Source: Acidobacteriota bacterium (GTDB lineage: Bacteria > Acidobacteriota > UBA6911 > RPQK01 > CBDAPI01). From it: a DNA stretch of 64,000 bases. A model generated the notes under the pieces. It was not told the origin of the DNA. It ran no database searches and saw only the letters and a list, made by a program, of their open reading frames with translations. Position numbers and translations under genes: made by a program. Shown piece after piece: positions 18,593 through 28,151 of the stretch; position 1 is the stretch's first letter, and every line of letters starts with the position of its first letter. The DNA lies in the NCBI GenBank assembly GCA_965214465.1, contig CBDCBX010000021.1:835843-899842 (forward strand), written 5' to 3'.

Positions 18593-20467
18593 ATGAGGTC
18601 AGCAGGCACCCGCAAATACCTGTTGGCCCTGGGACTTGGCCTGATCGTTACTTCCCTGTACTGGCCGAGTCTTCACTATCCCTTTCAATTCGACGACCAG
18701 CTCTTTCTGCGCGACGACAACGTCCGTTTGACTCGCTGGTCTGCCTTTCTGTGGCCACCCGCCCCACGTCCCTTGACCTGGCTCTCCTTTACGGCCCAGT
18801 TTGCCATATGGGGCGAGAACCCGGCACCGCTCCGACTCTTCAACGTCCTGTTTCATGCCCTCAACTCGGCGCTGGTTCTGCTGCTGGTTTTCAAGCTGCA
18901 GAACCTGCTTCCTCTACCCGGAAGCCGCGGCAGGTGGAGAGTACCCGTACTGGCCGGCCTGCTCTTTGCTCTCCACCCTCTACAAACCGAAAGCGTGGTG
19001 TATATCTATCAGCGATCGACTCTGCTGGCTGCACTGTTCAGCCTGCTGGCGCTGTTGCTGTGGGTGTCCCGCTCCAGTTCCGACCGACCGGGTGTTTTGT
19101 CGGTCGCGAGTCTGATCTGTTTTCTCCTGGCCGCTCTCTCCAAAGAGTATGCCCTGGTGCTCCCTGCTGTGCTGTGGGCCTTCGACCTGTACCAGACGGG
19201 TCGGATCCGGCCCGCCCCGTTACTGACCCTGAAACTCGCGCTGTCGGTGGTTCTGGGAGGAGTCCTTCTGTGGTGGACCGGCTTCTCAGACGAGCCCACG
19301 ATCGGCATTGCCAGCCAGAGCCTGACCTATGCCCGTACTCAGGTCGCGGTAATCGGACGCTATCTGCAGCTCTTCCTGCTGCCCCTGGGGCAGACAGTCG
19401 ATCCTCAGGTCGAGGCTGTGGTCACCTGGATGAGTTTCGGCTGGTGGATTCATCTGATCATCCTGTGCCTTCTGCTGGGGGCCATCCCCTGGGCATTTCG
19501 GAGCCGGCGGCAGCTCTCCTTCTGGCTGCTCTTCTCTTTTCTCTGGCTACTCCCCACCTCGAGCTTGATCCCCAGTCAGGACTTCATGTTTGAGCACAGG
19601 ACCTACCTTCCCCTGCTGGGATTCTCCGCCGCGTTTTCGGTGGTGGTGGCGGGAACCGGTCTTCGAGCCTGGCGATTCGGGGGCCTGGCGGCGCTGCTCT
19701 CGTTGACTCTGGGGATGCTGACCTGGCACAGAATCCAGGTGTGGGAGTCACCTGCTTCGCTGTGGGCAGACGCGGCTCGAAAGTCTCCGGGAAAGTATCG
19801 CCCGGTGTTCAACTATGGCGTAACGCTAATGGAGGCTTCTCCACATCTTGCCGAGGAGAACTTTCTCAAAGCGATCCAGTTGCGGCCGGATCTTCCCCTG
19901 GCCTACCGAAGCCTGGCCCAGGCCAGGTGGACCCAGGGCGACGTGGAGAAAGCCGAAGAGTTGTGGCGGGTGGCGCTGGGGATTGCGTCCAACCATCACG
20001 AAACTCTCCTGGCCCTGGGGCGACTGCACCTGGAGAAGAGGGAGTTCTTTCAGGCACAAGGGTACCTTCAGAGAGCCGCGACCCGGCTTCCCACTGACTG
20101 GCTGGCCCACTATCTCCTGGGAGAACTCTATTATGAGTTCGGACTCACGCAAAAGGCCCTTGATCAAGCGGAACAGGGACTCCGGATGCACCCGCTGCAA
20201 GTCTCACTTCGGGTTCTCCTGGCGGACTGCGTTCGCCGCCAGGACAATTGGGACCGGGCCATTGAGCTGTACCGGGAATCGCTCCTGCAGTCCCCTGAAA
20301 ACAGCCGGGCTCACCTGGGCCTGGCCGAGACCTACTCCCGTATCGGCCAGCCGAAAATGGCTGTGCGCGCGGCCCGGGAGGCAATTCGAAGTGCCTCCGA
20401 TCCCTCCGACCGCGCCCGGGCGCTGGGGGTGCTGACGATCCTCGAGAGCTCCAGAGTTCCAGAGTAG
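18593..20467 (+). CDS. TMTC-like polytopic membrane protein with C-terminal TPR repeats (putative GT-C protein O-glycosyltransferase)
   Basis: It has ~10 TM helices and a first-loop FDDQLFLRDDN motif, followed by multiple TPR-like repeats (AYRSLAQARWTQGDVEKAEELWRVAL...). Confidence 0.6.
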   Translation: MRSAGTRKYLLALGLGLIVTSLYWPSLHYPFQFDDQLFLRDDNVRLTRWSAFLWPPAPRPLTWLSFTAQFAIWGENPAPLRLFNVLFHALNSALVLLLVFKLQNLLPLPGSRGRWRVPVLAGLLFALHPLQTESVVYIYQRSTLLAALFSLLALLLWVSRSSSDRPGVLSVASLICFLLAALSKEYALVLPAVLWAFDLYQTGRIRPAPLLTLKLALSVVLGGVLLWWTGFSDEPTIGIASQSLTYARTQVAVIGRYLQLFLLPLGQTVDPQVEAVVTWMSFGWWIHLIILCLLLGAIPWAFRSRRQLSFWLLFSFLWLLPTSSLIPSQDFMFEHRTYLPLLGFSAAFSVVVAGTGLRAWRFGGLAALLSLTLGMLTWHRIQVWESPASLWADAARKSPGKYRPVFNYGVTLMEASPHLAEENFLKAIQLRPDLPLAYRSLAQARWTQGDVEKAEELWRVALGIASNHHETLLALGRLHLEKREFFQAQGYLQRAATRLPTDWLAHYLLGELYYEFGLTQKALDQAEQGLRMHPLQVSLRVLLADCVRRQDNWDRAIELYRESLLQSPENSRAHLGLAETYSRIGQPKMAVRAAREAIRSASDPSDRARALGVLTILESSRVPE

Positions 20468-20472
20468 GAGCC

Positions 20473-20512
20473 TCTTCCATGCGGCGATCGGATCGGACCA
20501 CGGAGGGTCCTC
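20473..20512. repeat. short stop-codon-abutting hairpin repeat (copy 1 of 2; copy 2 at 26165-26210)
   Basis: CTTCCATGCGGCGA..GATCGGACCACGGAGGGTCCTCCT is shared at the 3' ends of two minus-strand genes. It contains the GGACC-N6-GGTCC and GGAGG/CCTCC hairpins. Confidence 0.6.
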
Positions 20513-21943
20513 CTATCGTTCGCAAACCATGGCCGGGTCCATAGAGTCAAAGTCAGGCTGGGCGTTGCAGGCAAAACCCGGGCCTCCCAGACTGCGCAGA
20601 TCGAGACATCCCTCTCGGATCTGGAGGCAAACGGTGTCGCCGACCTTCCCGTAAAGACCGGGGTGGGCTTCCAGAAACTCTTCCCCTTCTCGCGAAGAGA
20701 CTCCTGCGAAACCCTTCACGTAGTGGTGTCCATTCCGTTCGACGTGGTCCAGCCCCAGCAGGGCGGCCAGGGCCAGATCCTGCTGCACAGAAACTCCGGC
20801 CTGCGTGGTCAGATCTTCACCCGACATGAAAAAATGCTCCCGCCCCCTTTCCCGGTTCCAGAGATGGCACCTGGCACGGTTCACGATCGACTTGTAAATG
20901 CCCTTGCAGGATTTCGAAGAAATGCCTCGATAGCCCAGTTCCCTGGCTCGCACAAACGCATTCAGCATTCCGTCCGATTCATCGGCAATGACGGCCTGAC
21001 CGAGATTGGCATCCTGGAGAGGGCAGTCCCAGGCGATCTCTCGATCCAGTGGCTGCTCCAGAAACAGAACCGAACGCCAGAAGCGTTGCAGGGGCAGGTG
21101 TCCCTGAAGTCGATCGGTGAAGTCCAGAAGTTGCTCGATGGATTTGAACTGTTCGTTTCCATCAAGGGTAATACGGTATTCCCCGAGACGGTCCAGGACC
21201 GCGGCAATTGACTCCAGCCTGTCCAGGTCCTCTTCCAGGCTGCCACTCACCTTGACCTTAAAGTAGCGGTGCCCGTAGGTGTCCACGACTTCATCGAGAG
21301 TCTCAGGAAGACCATCCGCAACCCGTTCCTCGGAAGTCTGATCCCGGGTCGTGATGGGATCCACCAGCCCCACGGTATGCCGGGCATGAACACTCTGCAG
21401 CGGATGCAACATCGACAGGTAGCCATTCCAATCCAGGTCGCTAAGATCTTCGATTTCTGAATGCCGGCTCAACCCCGGAAGATTGTCTCTAATCGCCTCC
21501 CAGAACGAGATTCCCTCCAGGCGGCAGGCCGCGTCCAGGATGGCTCGATCCAGGAGGGCGGGTCCAAAAGAGGCTACCAGAGGATTCAGCCCGGCCTCAT
21601 CTCCCTCCCGCAGTTGGGAACGATACCATTTCATTGAGAGCTCAAACGGCATCAGCGGGCGCGGGCTTTCGAGATAAAGCTGAGTCGCGATTCTGATCGA
21701 GTCACGAAGTTGATCGAAGTTCTGCTCGTTGCTGAGCTCGGGGTTTTTGTCAAACCATTTCGGAGCCAGCATTTCCGCCGCAATTCCCTGCCCCGATCTC
21801 CCGCTGGCGTCGCTGATTCTGACGCGAACCAGAACCTGCGGTGCTTCCCGCAAAACGATGATTCCGAAACGAAACGGAAGTCGCAGGCGAACCGGCCTCT
21901 CGAACGACTCCGCTGTCTCAAGTCTGACCTGCATCAAGAGCAC
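20513..21943 (-). CDS. enolase-superfamily enzyme (mandelate racemase/muconate-lactonizing-enzyme-like dehydratase)
   Basis: It has the KxK (YFKVKVSG) motif and metal ligands D (ITLDGNEQF), E (EQPLDRE) and D (ADESD). Confidence 0.75.
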   Translation of the reverse strand: MLLMQVRLETAESFERPVRLRLPFRFGIIVLREAPQVLVRVRISDASGRSGQGIAAEMLAPKWFDKNPELSNEQNFDQLRDSIRIATQLYLESPRPLMPFELSMKWYRSQLREGDEAGLNPLVASFGPALLDRAILDAACRLEGISFWEAIRDNLPGLSRHSEIEDLSDLDWNGYLSMLHPLQSVHARHTVGLVDPITTRDQTSEERVADGLPETLDEVVDTYGHRYFKVKVSGSLEEDLDRLESIAAVLDRLGEYRITLDGNEQFKSIEQLLDFTDRLQGHLPLQRFWRSVLFLEQPLDREIAWDCPLQDANLGQAVIADESDGMLNAFVRARELGYRGISSKSCKGIYKSIVNRARCHLWNRERGREHFFMSGEDLTTQAGVSVQQDLALAALLGLDHVERNGHHYVKGFAGVSSREGEEFLEAHPGLYGKVGDTVCLQIREGCLDLRSLGGPGFACNAQPDFDSMDPAMVCER

Positions 21944-22866
21944 CCCTCAAAGAGGGCCTGAAGACGCCGTACGTGGCGAGGAATCTCTATTCTTGGGTTG
22001 GCCCGTGCCTCATACTCCAGAGCCACCCAGCCCCGATACCCGCTCCTGACGACAATCTCTCGAACGCGCTCGAAATCCGCCGGCACAAGGCTCCCGCCTG
22101 GCCCGCGAACTTCCACTTTGAACTGCACGTTGACGGCCCGGGGAACGGCCAGTTCCAGTTGGCGGTAGGGACTCGCGTGGTAGTTACCCGTGTCGAGATT
22201 GACACCAAACCAGGGGTGCTCGCCCACCCGATCACAGATGGCAAGATGATCCTCGGCCCGGGCGGTGATGCCACCATGGTTCTCCAGGCCCACTACGACT
22301 CCCCTCTTCTCGGCCCGTTCCAGCACGGTGTGGATGGCGTCAGCAACCCATCCGATGGCTTTTTCTCGAGCGATACCGGCTGGAGGCTTGCCGGCAAAGA
22401 CACGAATGTGCGGTGCAAACATCTCGGCGGCGTAGTCGATCCACTGCTTTACATGCCGGATATATCCCTGCCGCTCCGACCCGGGTGGCAGGCAGAAATT
22501 ATTACGAACAGCCGTCCCGGTCACCGTGACACCACTGTCGAATGCTCGCTTGCGCAGCTTTCGGAGATAGGCCAGATCGAACATCTCCGGGAAGTAGTAG
22601 GACGTCAATTCGGCACCACTAAGCCCGATCTGAGCACACCAGTCGATAAAGCCGAACAGATCCAGGCCCCCGGCCGTCAGTTCCTCACGCATGGAGTAGG
22701 CGGCCAGCGAGACTCGTATCGGACCCTCCCTCTGATTCCCCCCCGGCTGGCCGGCAACCTGGCGAGAGTACCAGAAGGGTGCAGTCAGCGTTGTGCCAAG
22801 AAGTTCGCGTCTGGACAGACCTGTCTTCATGGAACCATGTTGGCACTGGCCGGGGATCCCTGGCAA
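21934..22866 (-). CDS. sugar-phosphate isomerase/epimerase (xylose-isomerase-like TIM barrel), Tat-secreted
   Basis: It has a twin-arginine signal (SRRELLGTTLTA) and a TIM-barrel AP-endonuclease/xylose-isomerase-like fold (GLENHGG..., H/D/E metal ligands). Confidence 0.75.
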   Translation of the reverse strand: MPGIPGQCQHGSMKTGLSRRELLGTTLTAPFWYSRQVAGQPGGNQREGPIRVSLAAYSMREELTAGGLDLFGFIDWCAQIGLSGAELTSYYFPEMFDLAYLRKLRKRAFDSGVTVTGTAVRNNFCLPPGSERQGYIRHVKQWIDYAAEMFAPHIRVFAGKPPAGIAREKAIGWVADAIHTVLERAEKRGVVVGLENHGGITARAEDHLAICDRVGEHPWFGVNLDTGNYHASPYRQLELAVPRAVNVQFKVEVRGPGGSLVPADFERVREIVVRSGYRGWVALEYEARANPRIEIPRHVRRLQALFEGCS

Positions 22867-22897
22867 CTAGTACTTCAGGGCAGAAATACGGTAACGT

Positions 22898-23782
22898 TTG
22901 GGAGATGGGTCTTGCGAGTTGAAGTTGCCAAGAAAAGAGATGCAGGTGAAAATCGTCCTTTGCAATGAGGTTGTGCGCGAACTTTCCTTCCGGGAGCAGT
23001 GCCGGTTCGCTGCAGCCGTGGGCTACGATGGCCTGGAACTGGCACCATTCACACTCGCTGACGAACCTCATCGCCTCCCCGCCGCGGAGATCCGGCGGCT
23101 CCGTCGCACTGCACAGGAGGAAGGAGTGGCCATCACCGGACTGCACTGGCTGCTGGTGGCTCCACCAGGCCTCTCGATTACCTCCTCTGACACGACGGTT
23201 CTGCGGGAAACGAAACAGGTTCTACTGCGCCTGATCGATCTCTGCGCAGAGCTGGGAGGAAGCGTCCTCATCCACGGTTCGCCGGAACAGAGGATGATTG
23301 GTGCCGATCAGGATCTAGGTCGAGTTTTTGAGCGGGCCCTGGAAATCTTCCAGGAGGTCGCCCGTCACGCCGGCGATCGCGGCCTGGTTTACTGCATCGA
23401 GCCTCTTCCCCGAGTACAGACCAACTTCATCAACAACTTGCAGGAAGCCCGTGCCCTGGTACGGGCGGTGGACAACCCTTCCTTCAAGACTATGCTGGAC
23501 AGCCGCTCGGCCCGTCTCTCAGAACCCGTCGCGCCCGATCTGCTGCTGGAACAATGGCTTCCCACCGGACAAATCGCTCATATTCATCTGAACGATTCGA
23601 ACTCGCGGGGACCGGGAGAGGGGAAAGATTCCTTCAGCGAGATTCTGCGGACCCTCTTCCAGCACGGGTACCAGGGCACCCTGGCGATCGAACCCTTCCT
23701 CTATGAACCGGATGGCAAGGCCTGCGCGGCCCGGGCAATCGGGTACATTCGCGGGCTCATCGAAGCTCTCCGCAGTTCGTGA
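22898..23782 (+). CDS. sugar-phosphate isomerase/epimerase (xylose-isomerase-like TIM barrel), cytoplasmic
   Basis: The fold is similar, with motifs (CIEPLP..., HIHLND). A likely start is MQVKIVLCNE at ~22940. Confidence 0.75.
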   Translation: MGDGSCELKLPRKEMQVKIVLCNEVVRELSFREQCRFAAAVGYDGLELAPFTLADEPHRLPAAEIRRLRRTAQEEGVAITGLHWLLVAPPGLSITSSDTTVLRETKQVLLRLIDLCAELGGSVLIHGSPEQRMIGADQDLGRVFERALEIFQEVARHAGDRGLVYCIEPLPRVQTNFINNLQEARALVRAVDNPSFKTMLDSRSARLSEPVAPDLLLEQWLPTGQIAHIHLNDSNSRGPGEGKDSFSEILRTLFQHGYQGTLAIEPFLYEPDGKACAARAIGYIRGLIEALRSS

Positions 23783-23802
23783 CCGGTGGTCCAAATCCAC
23801 GC

Positions 23803-24747
23803 TCAACGGATGTAGCTCTGATACTCTGAATCGAGCCGCGCTTTCTCGACTTCTGCCGAGTAAGTGGAGAGCCGATATCGGAAGCGAAGTCTCTCTCCCG
23901 GGCGAATCTCAAAGCCGACGGGAACGGAACCCTCTACGAAGTCCTTTCTTCCTAGAGGATTGGCGGCAAAAAGACCGTAAGCTCGTGCATGCCAGTAGGA
24001 AGGGTGATTGAACGTGCTGGGATGATCGAAGATGGCTATCGTGAGCGGCTCTCCGGAGAGTTCTCCCTGCAGCGCCAGCCAGGGCGCACGAGTGCCCCAG
24101 ATGGACTCCTCTCTCCTGCGCCCAAAAGCATCCAGGTAAACCGATTGACCGCGGTCTTCCCGAAAAGCCGCTGCCACCCGAATGGCAAACATCCCTTCCT
24201 TGCTCTCCCCAATTTTCACGGACCTCTCGCGGGCCACAAGATCACTGGTGTGATCCAGCCAGAATGAGTCCTTCCCGGAGCCGAACTCGAGCCGGCGGAT
24301 CTCCTGGAGGACAGCACGGCCTTCCGAGTCGACCCAGTCGAGCAGAACCTCGAGAACCCCGGTCTCGCCACTCTGTATCTTTAGAATGGAGCGCTGTCGG
24401 ATGCGGACTCCGTCGCGGCCACTCCAGAAATCCAACCCTTCAATGTCCCCATAGGTAAACCACAGGGATTCCTGATGAGGATGATCCGTCTCCTCATCCG
24501 CCCTCGTCTCCTGGACCGGAAACTGCCGGTTCACGATCCTTCCGCCGGGAGCTCTCACTGGGAAGAAGACCGGTTTACTGCGCGCCGACCCAAAATGGTA
24601 GCTGGTGAACGGTTGTCCACCCACCAGGATATCAACCCTGGATTCATCGGCATGAAGGACCAGATCAGCCTGGGCTATCAGTCGACCGCGGGAGGCGAAG
24701 AGAGCGACGCCCGCCAGGCTCCACGCCAGGAGAGATCCCCTGCTCAT
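23803..24747 (-). CDS. DUF6807 (PmoA-like) family secreted protein
   Basis: It has a signal peptide. The HPHQESLWFTYGDIEGLDFW-type motif is characteristic of proteins found beside Gfo/Idh/MocA oxidoreductases. Confidence 0.6.
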   Translation of the reverse strand: MSRGSLLAWSLAGVALFASRGRLIAQADLVLHADESRVDILVGGQPFTSYHFGSARSKPVFFPVRAPGGRIVNRQFPVQETRADEETDHPHQESLWFTYGDIEGLDFWSGRDGVRIRQRSILKIQSGETGVLEVLLDWVDSEGRAVLQEIRRLEFGSGKDSFWLDHTSDLVARERSVKIGESKEGMFAIRVAAAFREDRGQSVYLDAFGRRREESIWGTRAPWLALQGELSGEPLTIAIFDHPSTFNHPSYWHARAYGLFAANPLGRKDFVEGSVPVGFEIRPGERLRFRYRLSTYSAEVEKARLDSEYQSYIR

Positions 24748-26057
24748 ACCTGCTCGGGGAGGATGTAGGGAGCTCGATAGTCGCGGGTCAGCATGCTATC
24801 GGCCTCGGCGTCGTGCCGAAACGCTTCCCTGGTTGGATCGAAGTCCAGGGACCGGCCAAGCCGGTAGGAAATATTGGCCAGGTGAGTCAGGCTGGCGCTG
24901 ACGTGGCCTTCCTCGACGTCACAGTTCAGCAGGTCGGGATTCTCGGCCCGGATCGCTGCGATGAAGTTGGCATAGTGGTCGCCGCCGGCCTGGGCGTGAG
25001 GACCCGGCTCTCGTTGTTCCCCCAGATAGGCTCTCCAACTGCTGTAACCGTCAACGACCAGGTAGCCTTCCGAGCCATAGAAAATCACACCGACCGTGTC
25101 TCTCCTCTCAGGTTGGATGGCTGCCTCCTTGTTGCTGATCCAGTGGCGAATCTCAAAATGCAGTAACAGGGGTGCCCGGTCTTCCCGCTCGTAGGTGTAG
25201 GAAGCGTGGAGAAGGTTGGGGGTTTCCTGGTCATCGTCAAACATGACATGGGCGCCAGTGGCACTGACTCGGTTGGGATGCCCTGTAACACCCAGGCCCC
25301 AGCGGGCCAGGTCTAACTGGTGGACTCCCTGATTTCCGAGGTCCCCGCTTCCGTAGTCCCAGTGCCAGTGCCAGTTGTAATGGAAGCGATTGCGCGAAAA
25401 GGGGCGCCGCGGGGCCGGTCCCAGCCAAAGGTCGTAGTCGACACCGGGCGGAACAGGCTGGTCGGGGATCCTGGAGATTGTGTTTCTCCACCTGTAGCAG
25501 AGCCCCTTTGCCATGTAGACCTCACCCAACTGGCCCGAGTGGAGAAAATCGACTGCGGCCCTGGCGGCGATGGAACTGCGGATCTGATGACCCACCTGTA
25601 CAACACGCTCGTACTTGCGGGCCGCCTCTACGATCCGACGTCCCTCGCGAAGATTGTGACTGGCCGGCTTCTCAACATAAACATGCTTTCCTGCCTGGCA
25701 GGCCCAGATCGCGCCCAGAGCGTGCCAGTGGTTTGGAGTGGCGAAGGACACGGCATCCACATCGTTGTCCTCGAGAAGATGGCGCATGTCCTTGAAGATC
25801 CTGGGCCGCTTCCAGCCCTCTTTTTGGAAACGATCGCCTGCGCCGGCAATGACCTCGTCATCCACATCGCAAATCGCGATGACCTCCACGCCGGGAAGAG
25901 CCTGAAATCCAGCCAGGTGGTCCAGACCCCGCCCCCGCAGGCCCACCACACCCACACGAACTGTGTCGGTTCTAGAGTCTCCTCGAGGAAAAACGTAGGA
26001 TGCCGAAGTGGCTGCCGCCGACGTCTTCACAAACTCTCTGCGATTCATAGGCTCCAT
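24744..26057 (-). CDS. Gfo/Idh/MocA-family NAD(P)-dependent oxidoreductase, Tat-secreted
   Basis: It has a Tat signal (NRREFVKTSAAATSA) and a Rossmann motif (VGVVGLRGRG). It overlaps the DUF6807 gene by 4 nt. Confidence 0.9.
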   Translation of the reverse strand: MEPMNRREFVKTSAAATSASYVFPRGDSRTDTVRVGVVGLRGRGLDHLAGFQALPGVEVIAICDVDDEVIAGAGDRFQKEGWKRPRIFKDMRHLLEDNDVDAVSFATPNHWHALGAIWACQAGKHVYVEKPASHNLREGRRIVEAARKYERVVQVGHQIRSSIAARAAVDFLHSGQLGEVYMAKGLCYRWRNTISRIPDQPVPPGVDYDLWLGPAPRRPFSRNRFHYNWHWHWDYGSGDLGNQGVHQLDLARWGLGVTGHPNRVSATGAHVMFDDDQETPNLLHASYTYEREDRAPLLLHFEIRHWISNKEAAIQPERRDTVGVIFYGSEGYLVVDGYSSWRAYLGEQREPGPHAQAGGDHYANFIAAIRAENPDLLNCDVEEGHVSASLTHLANISYRLGRSLDFDPTREAFRHDAEADSMLTRDYRAPYILPEQV

Positions 26058-26164
26058 GGCCGGGTCCTCCTGGAAAAGCCTCCTTCAAGTTGAATTCAGT
26101 GTACCGCCGGTAAATGGCAGATTCCAGTTGGACAGAGAGACCGACAGGCTAAGCGTGGGAGCCG

Positions 26165-26210
26165 CTTCCATGCGGCGACGAGTTCAGATCGGACCACGGA
26201 GGGTCCTCCT
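26165..26210. repeat. short stop-codon-abutting hairpin repeat (copy 2)
   Basis: It has the same ~45-bp motif as 20473-20512, immediately 3' of the SSF transporter stop. Confidence 0.6.
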
Positions 26211-26211
26211 G

Positions 26212-28098
26212 CTAGTCCTGAAACCCAAGCCTGGGGAAAACCTTGACGATGCCACCCGAGCAGACAACAGCGACGACTGCCAGAAGCAAGCCTGGAAGCA
26301 TCCTGCCGTAGATGAAGTAGCCGGTCGAGAAGATCGTTCCGTAGACAGCCCCAACTCCCAGAAACCAGCAAAGGATGCCTGCACTGATGCCCGTCTGGCC
26401 CTCACCGGCATCCGTGTTCACCACCTTCTTCCACCCCCGACCAAAAGGCCGAATCTTGTCGTAGTAGCGCTGCAGGGTGGCTCGATCTGTGGGGGGAGTA
26501 GCCCAGGTGACGATCAACCAGGCGGCGGTGGTGACGGCAACAGCGGTGACGAGCTGGTGCGCCGCGTGAAACGGTTCAAAGCCAAGGTTGGTGTGGAGAA
26601 ACTGAAAATAGATCGCACCTCCGAAGGAGACGACCATGCCCGTGATTTCAGTCCAGGCATTGATCCTCCACCAGAACCAGCGAAGCAGGAAAATCAATCC
26701 GGTCCCGGCCCCGATCTGGAGCATGATCTGAAATCCCTGGAGAGAATTCTCCAGCCAGAGAGAGAGGATAGAGGCCATCACGATCAGTCCGACCGTGGTC
26801 AGCCGCGCCACCAGAATGTAGTGACGGCCGTCGGCTTCGGGGCGCACAAAACGGCGATACACGTCGTCCACCACGTAAGAAGCTCCCCAGTTCAGGTGAG
26901 TACTGATGGTCGACATATAAGCGGCTGCCAGCGATGCAACCACCAGGCCCAGAAGTCCAGTGGGCAGAAAAATGAGCATGGCCGGATAGGCCAGATCGTG
27001 GCGGACGATGGAGGGATCCATATGGGGAAACGCTCTCTGTAGAGATTCCAGGTCGGGATAGACCAGAAGAGAACAGAGCGCGACAATGATCCAGGGCCAG
27101 GGGCGCAATCCGTAGTGGGCCAGGTTGAACCAAAGAGTAGCCAGCAAGGAGTGGCGTTCATCCTTGGCCGCCAGCATTCTCTGAGCTACGTACCCTCCTC
27201 CACCCGGTTCGGCCCCCGGGTACCAGGTACTCCACCACTGAACGGCAAGAGGGATAATCATGACTGTGACTGCCAGTTCCCAGTTTGAGAAGTCGGGAAA
27301 GAAGCTGAGGCGTCCCTCCAGAGCCTCACTTCCCAGCAGTCCCGCCAAACCGCCGACCTCAGGGCGGGCCAGGGCATAGTAGGCGGCTGAAACCGACCCG
27401 ATCATAGCGATCACAAACAACAGAAGATCAGTTACAACTACCCCCCAGAGCCCGGAAAGGGCGGAGTAAGAGGTGGTCACCACGGCGCAGACAATCACTG
27501 TCGTGAATTTGTCAAGGCCCAGCAGGATGCCACCAATCTTGATTGCGGCCAGGGTGACCGTGGCCATGATGATCATATTGAAGAAAACGCCCAGATAGAT
27601 GGCCCGGAATCCGCGCAGAAAAGCAGCCGGTTTCCCCGAGTAGCGCAGCTCGTAAAAGCCCATGTCGGTGAGGGTTCCCGAGCGTCTCCACAGCTTCGCG
27701 TAGATGAACACGGCGCACATTCCGGTAATCACGTACGCCCACCAGATCCAGTTCCCTGACACGCCCTGGGTCCGCACAATGTCGGTAACCAGATTGGGAG
27801 TGTCAGTGGAAAAGGTAGTGGCTACCATCGAAGTGCCGAGTAACCACCACGGCATGCTCCGGTCAGATACGAAAAACGACTCGATGCCCCTGGCAGCACG
27901 ACGTGCAAAATAGAGACCCACCAGTAGCGCCACCAGAAAGTAGCCGCCAACGATCATCCAGTCGAGAAGAGCTAACTGCATCTGTAACACCTGCCGTTTA
28001 TTTTCAACAACAATATGCGCGACGATTAACTCGGACCCGAGTAACGGGTCTCCAGGGCCCTGAATTGAATCACACTTTTCAGGGTTACACCAAACCAT
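26212..28098 (-). CDS. sodium:solute symporter family transporter
   Basis: The 628-aa product has ~13-15 TM helices and a typical SSF/SLC5 topology and motifs. Confidence 0.85.
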   Translation of the reverse strand: MVWCNPEKCDSIQGPGDPLLGSELIVAHIVVENKRQVLQMQLALLDWMIVGGYFLVALLVGLYFARRAARGIESFFVSDRSMPWWLLGTSMVATTFSTDTPNLVTDIVRTQGVSGNWIWWAYVITGMCAVFIYAKLWRRSGTLTDMGFYELRYSGKPAAFLRGFRAIYLGVFFNMIIMATVTLAAIKIGGILLGLDKFTTVIVCAVVTTSYSALSGLWGVVVTDLLLFVIAMIGSVSAAYYALARPEVGGLAGLLGSEALEGRLSFFPDFSNWELAVTVMIIPLAVQWWSTWYPGAEPGGGGYVAQRMLAAKDERHSLLATLWFNLAHYGLRPWPWIIVALCSLLVYPDLESLQRAFPHMDPSIVRHDLAYPAMLIFLPTGLLGLVVASLAAAYMSTISTHLNWGASYVVDDVYRRFVRPEADGRHYILVARLTTVGLIVMASILSLWLENSLQGFQIMLQIGAGTGLIFLLRWFWWRINAWTEITGMVVSFGGAIYFQFLHTNLGFEPFHAAHQLVTAVAVTTAAWLIVTWATPPTDRATLQRYYDKIRPFGRGWKKVVNTDAGEGQTGISAGILCWFLGVGAVYGTIFSTGYFIYGRMLPGLLLAVVAVVCSGGIVKVFPRLGFQD

Positions 28099-28151
28099 GA
28101 AATCGGTAGAATGGGGCCGAATTCACCAGGAATAAGGCTCTTCCGGACAGC

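Noticed and set aside
26008-27042. 344-aa ORF antisense to the Gfo/Idh/MocA and SSF transporter genes
   Set aside because: It is a shadow ORF with no domain signal. The minus-strand genes are strongly supported.
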